Below are positions 48,601 through 50,712 of a stretch of DNA of 50,712 nt, in pieces. Made by a program: the position numbers and the translations under genes. Source of the DNA: Chromera velia (Eukaryota); contig JAHBMJ010000314.1 of NCBI GenBank assembly GCA_018398765.1, positions 1 through 50,712 of the forward strand, in the 5' to 3' direction. Numbering within the stretch: the first letter of the stretch is position 1; each line of letters starts with the position of its first letter. Below the pieces are notes generated by a model, which was not told the DNA's origin, made no database searches, and worked only from the letters and a program-made list of their open reading frames with translations.

Positions 48601-49108
48601 GCATGCCATGATATAAGTGAGTGGCAGGCCGCGGGGCACATCGCATGATCGGTTTAGTGTTACAAAGTGTTGTTTGCATGTTTCGCAATTAATCGAGTAA
48701 TTGAGAGCATTCAAAATCATACATAAAGAAACCGATCAATCAAAACAAATCTAGTACACAAAAAACTTGACTGGAGTGCTTGGCTCCTTTATGTTGTGAT
48801 CATAAGCATAGATAAGCCGGAAGGACGTCTAAGCACCTAACAAAACCGAGTGTCGGAAGAATTCACGCAGTCAGTTTCCTTGGGTGGTCTAAACGGGTTA
48901 TAAAATTAAACGAAACAACTTCTTCTGATTCATGTGTCAATAAAAAATTTAGATTCCTTGGCTTTTGTAAGTATTCACTTTCGAAATCGTGAAAGACTTT
49001 CTCTGTAAGCTTTTCCACCGTGTAGCCCTCTGATACTTTCTGGCAATTTGTATGTCTTTTCCAAGCTCTGCGGGCTAGATGGAGTGGGGATCTGGAGAGA
49101 AACTTCAT
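42644..49108 (-). pseudogene. Small membrane-protein-like ORF split by the Copia insertion (segments 48843-49108 and 42644-42946)
   Basis: Removing the element and one TSD joins ...PRKLTA*ILPTLG in frame to FALSEETQFYATTLVTFFTALVGGFAASSKY...LALEKEKLSLEMEKL...; one in-frame TGA at 48865-48863. Confidence 0.55.
42947..48842 (+). mobile_element. Full-length but inactivated Ty1/Copia LTR retrotransposon (5896 bp)
   Basis: 270-bp LTRs TGTTGG...CTAACA at 42947-43216 and 48573-48842; TSD AAACC (42942-42946, 48843-48847); PPT AGGGGG at ~48563. Domains: gag with CKACGEKGHFASAPIC knuckle (~44497), protease IADTG (~44725), integrase WHCRFAH..CHVC and IDNGGEF, RT KARL..KGFQ / DVRTAFL / MYGLADAPR / HVDDFL, RNase H SSTLSEL..TDS. 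PR-IN-RT-RH order is Copia. Many stops and frameshifts. Confidence 0.96.
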
Positions 49109-49911
49109 GCTGGAGTAGACTAGTGAAGAGAAAATAGTGGTAAAGCAACATGATTGTGTATTTTGTGGAGTTACACAGAATAGACAAGCAGGACCAGTCC
49201 AGGAATATAGGTTTTACCAGTGCTCAAAAGCTTTTCTGATTGAATTTCGACCTGGTTCTCTTTTAATACTGCAGTGTTATTAATATCATATACACCTGAC
49301 TAAGAGTGGCGCTGTATGGGCATCGCGCCTATAGCTGAGGGGCGTTTACAAAGAGTTGAGGTGGCAATGTCGTCGCGCCTTGCACAGGCTCTCGGGTATT
49401 CTCTTTTTGCCGGGGCCCAGGGCCTCGGTACGCGGGCAAAGTTCGACACACACCCCACAAAACGCGAACAAATATTGGTTGCCGAACTGCCATCCGAGAA
49501 ACGATGCCGGCAAATTCCAAGGCCCCAGGACTGCATGCGCAAATGTCCGCATAACATCTTTACACGTGCATATGTGAAAATAGTTAATACAACCGTGGCA
49601 CAAAGTTCGAGGCACTTATAGAGGCACTCATCCATAGCTCCGGCGGCGGTATGCATGCAAGACAACTGAATCAAGACCATCCAATTTGTCTGACCTTACT
49701 TCATGCAGATCGCGGCTTTGCTTATAGCGTGGAAACACACAAGGACCAGCATTGCAGTCCTCAGACCTTCATAACTATAGTTGTAGGACACGGTTGCGAT
49801 ATTTTCTACTCGGTGATCCTTCATTCAAGACGAGAGAGCTGCTCAAAACCGTAACTGTCAATGACTTGGTTTGACATTATATTCTAGACTAGATAGATCT
49901 GGATCTGTGAA

Positions 49912-50287
49912 ATGTCCCAGACAGATGCATCCGGTGCGGCATCTCATGAAGCAGTTGCAGCCAGCGAAACAGACGTAGACATGCAGGTCACTCCAGGAAA
50001 GCAGTGCGCCAACCCTTCATGCAGGAAACCGCGTGTCCTCCCGAAGAATTAAATCTAGATGCAGGAAATTTTATCAGGATCCGCTTTGCTTCAAACATCG
50101 GGAAGTTGAGAGGAGATCACCGAAGCGGCCGAAAGAGGCGATATGTCTAGGGTGTGGGGAAAGGTTCTCGCGTACAAATGGCGGTCAATAATACTGCACG
50201 CCAAAGTGTCGAAAACAGCGAATCGAAACTGGGACAGAATCAAACCTGAGCAGCATCATGATGCACCCTTCAGATGATAAGCAGCAG
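49912..50287 (+). pseudogene. Degenerate first exon with Cys-rich zinc-finger-like motifs
   Basis: ATG at 49912: MSQTDASG...CANPSCRKP; +1 frameshift at ~50050; then CLGCGERFSRTNGGQ*YCTPKCR (TAA at 50189), a CxxC-x3-F...YC-x3-C treble-clef-like pattern; donor CAG|GTGAG at 50287/50288. Confidence 0.5.
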
Positions 50288-50314
50288 GTGAGACTGCATG
50301 TTTATATGAATAAC

Positions 50315-50359
50315 ATGAGAGAGAGTATGAGAGAGAGAAAGTGTACATGTGTGTGTGTA

Positions 50360-50416
<57 letters not shown>

Positions 50417-50712
50417 GTGGGTGAGAGAGAGAGGGAGAGAGAGAGAGAGAGTATGTGGGTGAGAGAGAGAGGGAGAGAGAGAGAGAGAGAGAGACGGAGA
50501 GGGAGGGAAGGAAAGAGAGGGAGAGGGAGGCACAGGGAAGGAAGGAGAGGATCCGAAGGGAGAGAGAGAGGGAGAGGGAGAGGGAGAGGGAGCGGAAGAG
50601 AGAGGGAGAGAGGGAGGCGGAGGGAGGGGAGGGAGAAAGACGGGGGAGAAGGGGAGCGAGAAAGAAAGGAAGGGAGCTCAGAGAGAGAGAAGGAGGGAGA
50701 GAGAGAGGGGGG
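50315..50712 (+). repeat. (GT)n, (GA)n and purine-rich low-complexity tract
   Basis: Directly visible. Confidence 0.95.

Noticed and set aside
1..50712. tRNA, rRNA or other structured RNA genes
   Set aside because: No cloverleaf, A/B-box pair or rRNA signature was recognised by eye; tRNAscan-SE or Infernal would be needed to exclude them.

Overview
Eukaryotic, intron-rich nuclear DNA. The (TCTG)n-rich introns and the ankyrin family type suggest a chromerid alveolate such as Chromera velia; this is an inference, not proven. Three apparently intact genes are present: the 3' part of a multi-exon, multi-pass membrane glycoprotein (+, ends at 10024), an intronless 40S ribosomal protein S15 (-, 29455-29895) and a ~17-exon anoctamin/TMEM16 (+, 30661-38607). 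Between them lie transposon graveyards whose boundaries can be read exactly from target-site duplications (TSDs): a LINE interrupted by a 3.1-kb LTR element with unusual CG ends, a CRE/R2-type endonuclease relic, two nested MITE stacks, a TIR element carrying a solo LTR, and a full-length but dead Copia element that splits a small ORF. There are also ankyrin, secreted-protein and zinc-finger pseudogenes. The most striking cross-cutting signal is directional C->T/G->A hypermutation, often at CpA, in repeats and probable multicopy genes: serial in-frame TAG stops, 13/13 transitions between one LTR pair, and TAG-saturated islands. This resembles fungal repeat-induced point mutation (RIP) in an apparently non-fungal genome. 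All counts are manual.
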